Shown here: piece after piece, positions 1 through 9,679 of the stretch
How the letters are laid out: every line of letters begins with the position of its first letter
Position numbering within the stretch: position 1 is the first letter of the stretch
From: Smithellaceae bacterium
Lineage (GTDB): Bacteria > Desulfobacterota > Syntrophia > Syntrophales > Smithellaceae
Length of the DNA stretch: 64,000 nt
Direction of reading: 5' to 3'
Assembly: GCA_963667845.2 (NCBI GenBank)
Contig: CAXXVL010000001.1
Coordinates: forward strand, 224,001-288,000
Translations under genes and position numbers: made by a program
The notes under the pieces: model-generated
What the model was told of the DNA's origin: nothing
Database searches by the model: none
Seen by the model: the letters and a program-made list of their open reading frames with translations, nothing else

Positions 1-1387
1 CGAGCATCAGATTTCTCTGCCGCAGGCGGTTCGCATCGGCAAGATAACGGTCTTTAATGTCGTCATAATATGTACAGCGGTTGCGCCCGTCTTCCTTGCT
101 GACATACAGGGCTTTGTCGGCCCGGTCGATGGCATCCATAACGGCGTTCATCGTGACCTCAAATTCCGCTATCCCCGCCGAAACCGTTATCGCATAGTCG
201 AGTCCTTCGACGGCAAAAGATGATTTTTCGATGTTCTTGCGCAGAGCCTCCATGGCATCCAGCACGGCCTGTCTTTCGTAGCCGTAAAATACGGCGCAGA
301 ATTCCTCGCCGCCATAGCGGTAGGCATACGGCACCCCGTCACGGATCAGCAGGGCAACCTTTTTCAGAACCTGGTCGCCTGCGGGATGGCCGTAAGTGTC
401 GTTCAGGGTCTTGAACTTGTCGATATCGATCATGGCGACGAACAGCTTCTTCTGTCCGCTTTTGAACTGCGTGAACAGCCGCCCCATCTGCTCATTGAGC
501 TTACGCTTATTATAGAGTTGGGTAAGATCGTCGGTGTAGACCTTGGCCGCAAGCAAGCGGTTTTGATTGGCCTCAATAACGCGCGCGGCGACCGGTGTGA
601 TAAAGTCAACTTTCTTGATCCAGCGGTCGCGGTCGAAATCTTCTGTTTTCGTGCACAGGATGCGGCAGTGACCGATCTGCCGGCCCTCCACGACGAGCGG
701 AGTCTCATAGATGGTTTCCTGCACCTCCTGAAAAGTCGGCGCGTCAACGGTATGAGGCAACTCAGTGCTGTCGTTGGATTGTTTATTGTAGACAAAAATT
801 TTCCCGTCGGTGTCGAGGTTCGTCGTCAGAAATTTGTCATCATCGAATAAATACACTTCGATGTGTCTGGCTTCGAGAAAGCTGACGATTCTGCTCATGG
901 CTTTTTCAAACGGCTCAAGCTGCAGCTCGACCAGCCACTGGCTTTGCAGCATGCGCTGTTCGAACGTTTCGAGCTCCTGCAAATTGGCGATCTGGGATTC
1001 GGCCATTTCCTGCTGCACAAACCGGAGACGGTCGGATTCACTCAGGCTCTCCTTCGCGGTCTTCTGCGCATGATTATACTTTTCGAGCAACACGACGATT
1101 TTTTCATACACCTTCTGAATGCGGTCGCGGTTCTTGAAGATCGCGCCGAGTTTGCCCGGTTCCAGGGCCTCGACGATTTCGGCGCCGAGCTTTTCGCGGA
1201 TCATGTTGATGTATTTATCCGGAATGCCGCGCAGACATTCCTGGGACACATCGTTCTCTACATGGCGGAGCCCAACCTGAAAATCGTTAACGGCTGCCGC
1301 GTCGTGCCGGGCGTCTTTCGATCTCTTTTCGATATCCTTCATGATCTCCTGGACGATGGCACGCGCGTTATCCAATTTTTTCTTCAT
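1..1387 (-). CDS. Diguanylate cyclase (GGDEF) with N-terminal helical/GAF-like region; 3' end runs off the window
   Basis: Manual translation from ATG 1387 (MKKKLDNARAIV...). Contains DDLTQLYNKR, MIDIDKFKTLNDTYGHPAGD, YRYGGEEF and ADKALYVSKEDGRN. No stop before position 1, so it is absent from the ORF track. Confidence 0.92.
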   Translation of the reverse strand, partial: MKKKLDNARAIVQEIMKDIEKRSKDARHDAAAVNDFQVGLRHVENDVSQECLRGIPDKYINMIREKLGAEIVEALEPGKLGAIFKNRDRIQKVYEKIVVLLEKYNHAQKTAKESLSESDRLRFVQQEMAESQIANLQELETFEQRMLQSQWLVELQLEPFEKAMSRIVSFLEARHIEVYLFDDDKFLTTNLDTDGKIFVYNKQSNDSTELPHTVDAPTFQEVQETIYETPLVVEGRQIGHCRILCTKTEDFDRDRWIKKVDFITPVAARVIEANQNRLLAAKVYTDDLTQLYNKRKLNEQMGRLFTQFKSGQKKLFVAMIDIDKFKTLNDTYGHPAGDQVLKKVALLIRDGVPYAYRYGGEEFCAVFYGYERQAVLDAMEALRKNIEKSSFAVEGLDYAITVSAGIAEFEVTMNAVMDAIDRADKALYVSKEDGRNRCTYYDDIKDRYLADANRLRQRNLML

Positions 1388-1821
1388 ATTCCGATTATTC
1401 CAAACCTTCAGTTTTGGTTACTGAAACTATCGGCGCGATGCGCCCTATTCTTGATGATCTTTATCACAAGGGTTAACAAGATATAGGATGAATGTAAAGA
1501 GAGAGTTTATCGATTTCCAGTCTCCCGATGGACGTCCGCAATCTTGACGTTCCTCACGAAAGCGGGTGTTGCCGGCACCGGAAGGCGCCGCCTCTCGGAA
1601 AGAGAGCCTGTCCCTGTCTTGTGCGGTTTTGCTGATCTTGATCATATCTTCCGCAGCTCCCGCATGATTTGTGCATGGGCTCACGCTCCGCCCGGTTTCT
1701 TCCCTTAAATCCTCTATGACACTTGATTGGAAAAAGGAAAAGTCGCGAACCGGTATGAACGGCATGCCGCATTTGCGGGATTAGGTGGCAATATCGGGGA
1801 AAATATTCTAATAATAAATTC

Positions 1822-2931
1822 ATGGAACCGTCCGAGCGATACCTGGCCCTCGATGTCCTGCGCGGAATGACCATCGTACTCATGATTCTGGTCAATACCC
1901 CGGGAAACTGGCAATATGTTTACGCGCCGCTTGAGCACTCCGTGTGGCATGGCTGCACGCCTGCGGACCTGGTCTTTCCCTTTTTCCTTTTCGTCGTGGG
2001 CGTCTCGCTGTTCTTCTCCTTGGCTAAATATCAAAATGAATTGAGCGGAAAATCGCTTTGGCGGGTCGGCCGCAGAACGCTCTTGATTTTTGTAATCGGA
2101 CTCTTCATCAATTCCTATCCCCAGTGGTTGACCGATTATTCGCACCTGAGAATCATGGGCGTACTGCAAAGAATTGCCGTGGCCTACGGGCTTGCCGCAC
2201 TCATTGTGCTTGGCGCATCGCGCCGCTGGCTCCCGGGCATCGGTGTTTTCATTCTCACTGCCTATTGGGGCATCCTCTATTCTTTTGGCGGCCCCGACCC
2301 CTACAGCCTTTCCGGAAATGCCGCCATTCCTTTCGATCGCTCCATCCTGGGCGAGAATCATCTTTACCGGGGCTTTGGAATTCCCTTTGATCCGGAAGGA
2401 ATCCTCAGCTCCCTGCCTGCGGCTGTTACTGTCCTGATCGGTTATCTGGCGGGAGGGGTGATCCGCGAAACTGAAATCGGGCGAGTGCCGCTGCGGCTGA
2501 TTTTTTCCGGCCTGGCCTTTGCCGTCGCCGGATGCCTCTGGGGCTTTGTGTTTCCCATCAACAAACCTTTATGGACCGGTTCTTACGTCCTCTATACGGC
2601 GGGTCTTGCCGCGCTTGTGCTTGCCGTGCTCATTTATGTCATCGATCTTAAGGGATACAAGAAATGGAGTCTGCTCTTTTCCGTCTTCGGAATGAATCCT
2701 TTGTTTCTTTTTGTTCTTTCGATTCTCTGGGGCAAAACCCTGCGGCAGTTGAGCCGCATTCCGGCAGACGACGGCAATATCATGACCGGAAGCACCTGGC
2801 TGTACCAGAATATTTTTGTGCCTTGGGCAGGCCTCATGAACGGCTCGCTCGCCTATGCGCTGGCGCACATCGTCTTTTTCTGGTTCATCGGGTATGCACT
2901 TTTCAGGTACAGGTTTTTCGTTAAAGTTTGA
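1822..2931 (+). CDS. HGSNAT/NagX-like (DUF5009/DUF1624) membrane acyltransferase
   Basis: ALDVLRGMTIVLMILVNTPG, HSVWHGCTPADLVFPFFLF, RIMGVLQRIA, FDPEGILSS, PINKPLWTGSY. Confidence 0.9.
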   Translation: MEPSERYLALDVLRGMTIVLMILVNTPGNWQYVYAPLEHSVWHGCTPADLVFPFFLFVVGVSLFFSLAKYQNELSGKSLWRVGRRTLLIFVIGLFINSYPQWLTDYSHLRIMGVLQRIAVAYGLAALIVLGASRRWLPGIGVFILTAYWGILYSFGGPDPYSLSGNAAIPFDRSILGENHLYRGFGIPFDPEGILSSLPAAVTVLIGYLAGGVIRETEIGRVPLRLIFSGLAFAVAGCLWGFVFPINKPLWTGSYVLYTAGLAALVLAVLIYVIDLKGYKKWSLLFSVFGMNPLFLFVLSILWGKTLRQLSRIPADDGNIMTGSTWLYQNIFVPWAGLMNGSLAYALAHIVFFWFIGYALFRYRFFVKV

Positions 2932-3066
2932 TCATCATCAGACGTGAAGAGGGGGCACCCTCAAAGAGACGCCCGGAAGCGCCCTCGGGAAAATCCGGTT
3001 TTAGCAAATCGGCCGGACAGGCCGCTTTTTAGGAGCGGCGTTTATTTCAGGGCGGCGCAAGCCGCT

Positions 3067-4320
3067 CTAATTCTTTTTTGCCCCCATCAACTGCGGCGTC
3101 TGCTCGTTGTTGAATTGTCTTCTGGCAATACGTTCAACCTGCGGTTTGACGTAGCCGAAAAGGTCATCAATCCGGATGGAGCCGTCCGGCCTGACAATCT
3201 CTTCATTTTTTATCCCTTTGAGCAGGAAGTAGGTGAAAAGCCCGTGCCCCTTTTCATCGTAGGTCGCGCTGACCTGATCACCGGATGAGGCCGCCAGGAC
3301 CGTCATGTTTTTTGGCAGGGCCTTGTTGTTCGGGAGATTCATGACCAGGGGCCGCAGCCCTTTCGCAATGACCGACCTGCCTCCCGCGCCGGAAAAACAG
3401 GAATCGAGAACAACGATGATTTCCTTCGCCGGTAATTTGCCGAGCGCATTGTACATTCTGTGGAGCGAGTAGCCCGTTTCCGAAATAAAGGCCGGATCGC
3501 CGTCGTAAGGAACCAGATAAGCTCCGCCGGTCTTATGATCCGGTGCGCCGTGGCCGGAATAATAGATGAAAACAGTTCCGTCTTTTTCCACCTGGTTGTG
3601 GAGCCATCTTTCAAAGTATTTGGCCAGATCGCTTTGCAGCGCTTTTTCGTTGGTCAGCAAAACAACATTCTCTTCCGGATAGCCCATGACTTTCATCAGA
3701 TACTCCGCGACCAGCCGGGCGTCGCTTACGGCAAAATCCGCCCGGGGAAGTTTCTGACGATATTCCTCGATGCCGATGACGATTGCGAAATCACTTTTGT
3801 TTATCTTTGCCGAGGTCCTCGGCAATTCGTCGATATCAGATTTGACAGCAGGCCTTTCCGGCGCGGCCGTTGATGCTTTGGCGACGGGCGCTTGTTTTGC
3901 CGCGATCAACTTGGCCTCCACCCTCTTGAGGACGGACAGTTCCCATTTTCGGAGAACCTCCGGGGTGTTTTGCTGGCTCGCGATCATTCTCACTTCCGTT
4001 TTGTCCGGCGAATCGGTTTTTGTAAATGTGAGAGTGACCGCGGCGCTGTATTCATTGTAGGGCTTGGCGATGAGAGAACCCTCATTGCGGGTCACCGAAT
4101 ACCTTTCGAAGGGAAATTCCTCCACGAAGGCGGCGTAGGTTTCCTCATAGGAGGCCGGCATCACCCGGGCGGTGCCCTGCTCGGGAGATGAAGGCTCTGC
4201 CTTTTGGGCCTGAGGAGCAACCAGCATAAATGCCTGCGCCGAATAAGCGCAAGCCAGGACAAAGATGATGCTGATTCCGGAAATTAGAATTCTCAAAGCA
4301 CTTACCCTTTCCATCGCCAT
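3067..4320 (-). CDS. Exported caspase-family (peptidase C14) protein
   Basis: AIVIGIEEY, YYSGHG and LDSCFSG dyad, HGLFTYFLLKG, QTPQL. RBS AGAGGAGG before ATG 4320; signal peptide ending AQA. Confidence 0.88.
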   Translation of the reverse strand: MAMERVSALRILISGISIIFVLACAYSAQAFMLVAPQAQKAEPSSPEQGTARVMPASYEETYAAFVEEFPFERYSVTRNEGSLIAKPYNEYSAAVTLTFTKTDSPDKTEVRMIASQQNTPEVLRKWELSVLKRVEAKLIAAKQAPVAKASTAAPERPAVKSDIDELPRTSAKINKSDFAIVIGIEEYRQKLPRADFAVSDARLVAEYLMKVMGYPEENVVLLTNEKALQSDLAKYFERWLHNQVEKDGTVFIYYSGHGAPDHKTGGAYLVPYDGDPAFISETGYSLHRMYNALGKLPAKEIIVVLDSCFSGAGGRSVIAKGLRPLVMNLPNNKALPKNMTVLAASSGDQVSATYDEKGHGLFTYFLLKGIKNEEIVRPDGSIRIDDLFGYVKPQVERIARRQFNNEQTPQLMGAKKN

Positions 4321-4768
4321 ATCCTCCTCTGTTACCGCTCTTAATGAATAGCTCCGGTTGTCGTGACCGACGTCTCGTCCTTTGCCTTTATTATATTTTC
4401 TTTTTGTGTCGTTGTGCACAGGTTTCCCAAAACGATTGAAGAAGCCCCCACTTCGGAAGTCCGGAAAGGAGGCCTGTGTTGTTTTGCCGGTGCCCGCCGT
4501 ATCCGGATCCCACTTCGGCTAAGCACAGCATCTTTATCGGAAAAATGCAAACCGGCTCCTGATCATCAGGAAAAGCAGCAGGAGGAAACAATAGCGAAAG
4601 CCGTATCGCCCATCTCTCAAGAGCGCCTTAGCGAGGGAGTAGTGAGTGGAATATTACACGGGGATCCATTTGCATGCAAACAACAATTTTGGGGCGAAGC
4701 TGGAATGGGTATTTCCGTCGGCCGATCTGTTTTGTCCTATCGGGAAACCGAAAAAGGAAAAATATTCC

Positions 4769-4826
4769 ATCCCGCTCACGCGGGACGATCGTTAATTCTC
4801 CGCAGCTTGCTGCGAGGTTGTTGATT
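4769..4826 (-). repeat. Short (single internal hairpin) copy of the CCTCGCAGCAAGCTG repeat family
   Basis: Reverse complement AATCAACAACCTCGCAGCAAGCTGCGGAGAATTAACGATCGTCCCGCGTGAGCGGGAT matches the copies at 19930, 32720 and 37174. Confidence 0.9.
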
Positions 4827-5073
4827 AAAATACCATTTTTTGCGGATGAAAGGCATCGGAAAAACCTCCCGCGACGATGGCGACGGCTCGATTATTTAGG
4901 AAAGATTATAGACAAAATTTATGATAGCATTAATTTTGTATAAGCCGCCATGTCAATCATGGTGGCGAATCCCTTCAGGGAGTCACTGAAAATCGGAGCG
5001 CCGCTGTTTTGCCGGGGCGTTTTTGGGGTCCCCTGGGCGGGGCGAAATTGCATTCTCAGTGAAAGGGTAGGTC

Positions 5074-5541
5074 GTGAGACGCGCTCGGACGATTTTACTT
5101 CTTTTCGTTATTTCGGCTGTCATTCTCGGTTGTACCGGGCAGACGGACGAGGATAAAATCAAGAAGCTCATCACCGATATCCAGACGGCGGGCGAAGAGA
5201 AGAATATCAAGAAGATGATGGACCGCCTCTCGAAAAGGTACAGCGACCCGCAGGGCTACAATTACGACGGCATCCACGGGCTGCTTGTCGGTTATTTCTT
5301 CCGATACCCGAAGATATCCGTCTATATCAGCAACCTCACGGTCACAGTTGAGAACGCTCAGGCGAGGGCCGTATTTCAGACCGTCCTCACCAGCGGCGAG
5401 AAAACCGGCTCGATTACCGACGCCATTCCGCAATCGCTGGGCATGTGGGACTTCGATGTGTTATTGAAGAAAGAATCAGACGGCTGGAAAGTTGTCTCGG
5501 CTAAATGGGAACAAGTGGAAGTGATGAAACCCGAAAAATAA
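5074..5541 (+). CDS. Putative lipoprotein, NTF2-like/DUF4440 fold
   Basis: Lipobox ILGC; C-terminal KKESDGWKVVSAKW is typical of NTF2-like proteins. Confidence 0.7.
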   Translation: MRRARTILLLFVISAVILGCTGQTDEDKIKKLITDIQTAGEEKNIKKMMDRLSKRYSDPQGYNYDGIHGLLVGYFFRYPKISVYISNLTVTVENAQARAVFQTVLTSGEKTGSITDAIPQSLGMWDFDVLLKKESDGWKVVSAKWEQVEVMKPEK

Positions 5542-5743
5542 TGAAGAAGCTGCCTGCAAGTTGCCGTCCTGTCCCGTCTTTTGTTCCAGGAGCGGCCGGG
5601 ATTCTCTGCACTGAAATACCCTGCGGGGGCCCTACCGGATGGTCATTTCCGGATGATTTATTGTTGCAATTATTTTTTTGATAAAATATGTATCGACTTA
5701 CCAACACCAGTGTGAATAGAACCAAGCCCACAAGGAGATCGCT

Positions 5744-6127
5744 ATGCCGACTGCATTGCCTGACTTTACGAGATACTCTGACTTTTTTGATAAAAAGCAT
5801 ATTAAGGAATTTATAGCCGGCGAATATATCTTTCACAAAGGGGACGAAGCGGATTGCATGTATGTCGTCCTCGCGGGAAAAGTGGCAATCGACTCGGAAA
5901 AGCGCATTCTGTACATTGCAAAAAAAGGGGATATTTTCGGAGATATGGCGATGATCGACAAGTCTCCGCGCAGCGCCGATGTCCGGGCGTTTACGAACTG
6001 CACAGTAGCTTCTTTTGACGATTATGCGTTCAGATTTCTCGTTAAGAATATGCCCGATTTTACGCTGGACATTATGCGTGTTATGGCGATCCGGATACGG
6101 TCGCTAAACGATGCCCTGCTGACGTAA
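5744..6127 (+). CDS. Stand-alone cyclic-nucleotide-binding domain protein
   Basis: AGEYIFHKGDEADCMYVVLAGKV, GDIFGDMAMID, PRSADVRA; RBS AAGGAG. Confidence 0.88.
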   Translation: MPTALPDFTRYSDFFDKKHIKEFIAGEYIFHKGDEADCMYVVLAGKVAIDSEKRILYIAKKGDIFGDMAMIDKSPRSADVRAFTNCTVASFDDYAFRFLVKNMPDFTLDIMRVMAIRIRSLNDALLT

Positions 6128-6217
6128 CAGATTCTTCACCATTCCGATCCCCGGCATCCGGGCCGTTTGTCTCTTCGCGGGGTTCATCCCCCGGCAAGTG
6201 AATGTGATCAAGAACCG

Positions 6218-7126
6218 CTAACGGTGCTTGATAAAGGTTCCGTTCTCGTATTCCTCAAAGGCAGTCCGCAATTCTTCCCGGGTGTTCATCACGATGGGGC
6301 CATACCAGGCAACCGGTTCGCCGATCGGCTTTCCCGATACCAGAAGAAACCGGACCGGCCGCTCCTCGGCGGTGATGGCGACTTCATCTCCGTCTCCGTA
6401 CAGGATCAGACTCTCGGGGCCGCAGGCGCACTGCCCTTTCATGTCGAAGTAGGCGTTGGCGACCACCTCATGGGAATAGGCGCTGCGCTCGGGATCGAAG
6501 TAGCCCTCCCCGTCCACCACATAGGCGAATACCTTATGCCCGCGCGCAATCGGGTGATTAAAGGTCGTTTCCGGCGGCAGGCTGACGTCCAGATAGGAAG
6601 GATCGGCGACAACGTCGCGAACCGGCCCCTTCACGTTGCCGATCTCACCGCAGATGACTTTCACCCGGATATCGCCTTTGAGCGTCGCTTCCGGAATTTG
6701 CCGGCTCACAATTCCGCGGTAGCGCGGCTCCATCATCTTGCGGGAGGCGGGCAGGTTTGCCCAGAGTTGGAAGCCCCAGAGGAGTCCGTCGCTGTCGCCC
6801 CGGGGCATTTCCTGATGGATGATGCCGCTGCCGGCGGTCATCCACTGTACGTCTCCCGACGCAATAACCCCTTTATTTTTCATGCTGTCGCCGTGTTCCA
6901 CGCGGCCATGGATGACGTAGGTGATCGTCTCGATTCCCCGATGGGGGTGCCAGGGGAATCCCTTCAGGTAATGGGGCGGATAATTTGAATGGAAGTCGTC
7001 AAGCAGGAGGAAGGGATCGAACAGGGAGACTTCGTTGTTGCCGAAGGCGCGTTTCAGATGAACGCCCGCGCCCTCCAATGTGGGCTTGCTTTTCCAGACT
7101 TTGCTGATCATGCGTGCGGATTCCAT
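6218..7126 (-). CDS. Pirin family protein
   Basis: DPFLLLDDF, GFPWHPHRGIETITY, VQWMTAGSGIIHQEMP, GPIVMNT. Confidence 0.95.
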   Translation of the reverse strand: MESARMISKVWKSKPTLEGAGVHLKRAFGNNEVSLFDPFLLLDDFHSNYPPHYLKGFPWHPHRGIETITYVIHGRVEHGDSMKNKGVIASGDVQWMTAGSGIIHQEMPRGDSDGLLWGFQLWANLPASRKMMEPRYRGIVSRQIPEATLKGDIRVKVICGEIGNVKGPVRDVVADPSYLDVSLPPETTFNHPIARGHKVFAYVVDGEGYFDPERSAYSHEVVANAYFDMKGQCACGPESLILYGDGDEVAITAEERPVRFLLVSGKPIGEPVAWYGPIVMNTREELRTAFEEYENGTFIKHR

Positions 7127-7595
7127 AAATTCCTCCCATCCTTCATTTCTGACTGAAGAATTAGACGAGCGCATCCATCATCCGGGCTTTGCTCTTTTTC
7201 TCCACATGGTCAGAGAGCCCGCTTTCTTTAGCCGGGGCGGTACCGCAGGATGCAACCGTTTGTTCTGAAATTACAGATTCGGAACGCGGCGGGCAATATG
7301 GGAAAAATGGCAGGTAAAAAATAGGTAAAACCTACCAGCGCGTGCTGCTTCTTTCCGCGAGGGGAGGCGCCCAAAAGATTTTATGAAGAGTCCGGCCGAT
7401 GTTGCGCGGGAGATTGAAGTTGTAGCCGATCTGATGACCGCTATGCCGACCGGTGATGACGCGCGACGCGGATTCCGGCAATAAACCCAATATTGATATC
7501 ATTGCGCGCATATGCCATAAGAGCACCGTACCCGGGCAGTAAGCCGGGGGCGCAGCCGCGGCATAGACCGGCAATTGGACTCTGGAAAAGGCATA

Positions 7596-8780
7596 ATGGT
7601 CCCACCTTCAAAAATATTATTTTATCTCATCGAACTCATCAACTGCTATGCCGCAGTCTACTATTCCAATTTTCTTTTCTTTTACCTGAAGCGCACATTC
7701 GGCTTCGGTGAAGGGGCGAATCTGCTGACGGCCGCCCTGGGCGGCATGGTCTATATTGTTGCTTCCTGGCAATGCGGCAAGTGGGTGCATCGCGGAGGTG
7801 CGATCAGGCTGCTTTCCCTGGGTATCTGCGGGGTCATTTTTGCGCTCGCTCTGGGCATGGTGGTTACGGCGCCCTGGGCGCAGGTGCTGGTGTATGGCCT
7901 GTGGACTGTCGGGATTTGTTTTATCTGGCCGACCCTGGAGACACTAATCAGCGAGAGGTCGGGCCGGGAGCTCACAAAGATGGTCGGCATTTATAATGTC
8001 ACCTGGGCCGGCAGCGCCGCCATTGCCTACTTCACGGCGGGGCTCCTGATTGAAGAATTGGGCATGGCGAGCGTCTTCTGGCTTCCCCTGGGCCTGACCG
8101 TTATCGAACTGGCTATTGTGCCGTTTGCTGCAAAACAGCTTGCTTACGAAAGCGGTCTTCGAGATCACGAGGTGCATATCAGCTCGTCGGTCCATCCGGC
8201 AGACAGCAAACGGTTTCTCAAGATGGCCTGGATCGCCAATCCCTTTTCTTACGTGGCGATCAATACGGTCATTCCGCTTATTCCCTCCATTGCGGAAAAA
8301 CTGGGTCTTTCAACGGGGATGGCCGGCATCATCTGTTCTTTCTGGATGTTTGCGAGGCTGGCCGCTTTTGCGGTCTTCTGGCAGTGGACCGGATGGCATT
8401 ACCGCTTTCGGTGGCTGGCCGGATCGTGCCTTTTGATGATCGTCTGCTTTTTCGTCTTTCTCCTGACACAATCGATTGCGCTGCTTTTGATTGCGCAGGT
8501 CGGCTTCGGCCTGTCGATCGGGCTAATCTATTCCTCATCGCTTTACTATTCGCTGAACGTAATGGAAGATCAGGCGAAAAACGCCGGCCTCCACGAAGCG
8601 ATGATCGGCGCGGGCCTGTTTATCGGTCCGGCCGTCGGCGCCGCGAGCCTTTTTCTCGCGCCGGCGGCACACAGCGTCGGTGCCTGGTCGGTCGGGGGCC
8701 TCTTGTGTATCGGTTTTTCCGGCCTGGTCTTTGTGAGAAATTACCGGGGGAGCGAAAACCGCCTTCCGGGAAAGAAGTGA
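7596..8780 (+). CDS. MFS transporter
   Basis: About 12 hydrophobic segments; GIYNVTW and AGLHEAMIGAGLFIGP; start codon uncertain. Confidence 0.8.
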   Translation: MVPPSKILFYLIELINCYAAVYYSNFLFFYLKRTFGFGEGANLLTAALGGMVYIVASWQCGKWVHRGGAIRLLSLGICGVIFALALGMVVTAPWAQVLVYGLWTVGICFIWPTLETLISERSGRELTKMVGIYNVTWAGSAAIAYFTAGLLIEELGMASVFWLPLGLTVIELAIVPFAAKQLAYESGLRDHEVHISSSVHPADSKRFLKMAWIANPFSYVAINTVIPLIPSIAEKLGLSTGMAGIICSFWMFARLAAFAVFWQWTGWHYRFRWLAGSCLLMIVCFFVFLLTQSIALLLIAQVGFGLSIGLIYSSSLYYSLNVMEDQAKNAGLHEAMIGAGLFIGPAVGAASLFLAPAAHSVGAWSVGGLLCIGFSGLVFVRNYRGSENRLPGKK

Positions 8781-8893
8781 GTGCACTTTCTTTATCGTGA
8801 ATCTGCAGCGGCAGAGCGATGACTCCGATGCCGGCGCGATGAATTACGATGAAGCCACAGGACCCGAAATTATGAATGATTGACCGGGTCTGA

Positions 8894-9511
8894 TTACTGA
8901 TCTTTGCCGATGATGATCCATCCTTTTCTATAATCCACTGTAATTTTGAAATCCGCGAGGAAGCTGAGCCCCAGAAGGCCGTCATACCCGCTAAGTGTCG
9001 ACGCGGCAATCGGTGCGATAATAGAGCGGACCTCACGCTTGCTGACCGGGCCCAGATCGATTTTCTTTATCCGGAAAACATGCCCGCTCACGGAGCCGCA
9101 GTTTGTATGCAGCGTTATTTCCTCGCCTGTGCCGGTGGTATCCTGACCTAGCCTTGCGGCAAGCATTTCGGTCAGGACCACGGCATCGGCGCCGGTATCG
9201 AATATCAGTTTTGTGCTGATCAGGTCATTTAATACCGCGTTGACAACAATGAGTCCGGAGGGGGTCCGTTCAAAGGGGATTGCGATCTCTTCGCGTTGTG
9301 CGTCATCTTCTTTTATGACCCGGGCAACTCTGCGGCCGGCGGCGGGTATGTCGGGCGGGTTATCCGACAGATGCACGACACCGTTTGCGTCAACCCACTG
9401 GTATACATCGGCGGCGGACTGAGCCGGAAGCGATCCGCTGATCAGCATAAGCAGGAGAAACGGGATACTCAAGGACAAGATGCCTGATTTTTTTCCGGTC
9501 ATAAGGGTCAT
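8894..9511 (-). CDS. DUF4124 plus retropepsin-like aspartyl protease (clan AA)
   Basis: Signal peptide, VYQWVDANGVVHLSDNPP (DUF4124), LIFDTGAD, GLLGLSFL. Confidence 0.88.
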   Translation of the reverse strand: MTLMTGKKSGILSLSIPFLLLMLISGSLPAQSAADVYQWVDANGVVHLSDNPPDIPAAGRRVARVIKEDDAQREEIAIPFERTPSGLIVVNAVLNDLISTKLIFDTGADAVVLTEMLAARLGQDTTGTGEEITLHTNCGSVSGHVFRIKKIDLGPVSKREVRSIIAPIAASTLSGYDGLLGLSFLADFKITVDYRKGWIIIGKDQ

Positions 9512-9679
9512 ATCATTTTCCTATCCGACTCCGTTAACGTTACCCTTAATCCGAAAAAGAAAAAATACTAGTTTCCTGTGAGCTAAACGGCACCAAAAAC
9601 TACCGGCGAAAGATGATTTAAAGACCCGCCACAAATGGATTGAAAACAGAAGGGCGAGAGTCGTGAAAAAAATAATGCG

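Noticed and set aside
4430..4530. CCCACTTCGG repeated twice upstream of the caspase gene, considered as a tandem riboswitch
   Set aside because: Only a 10-bp match; I could not build a known aptamer fold.
7332..7574. 80-aa minus-strand ORF between the pirin and MFS genes
   Set aside because: No RBS, no motif and atypical composition.
8894..9511. Aspartyl protease as a processing enzyme of the export cluster
   Set aside because: It is co-oriented but separated by ~170 bp of AT-rich, promoter-like DNA, and such genes are commonly stand-alone; no evidence of linkage.
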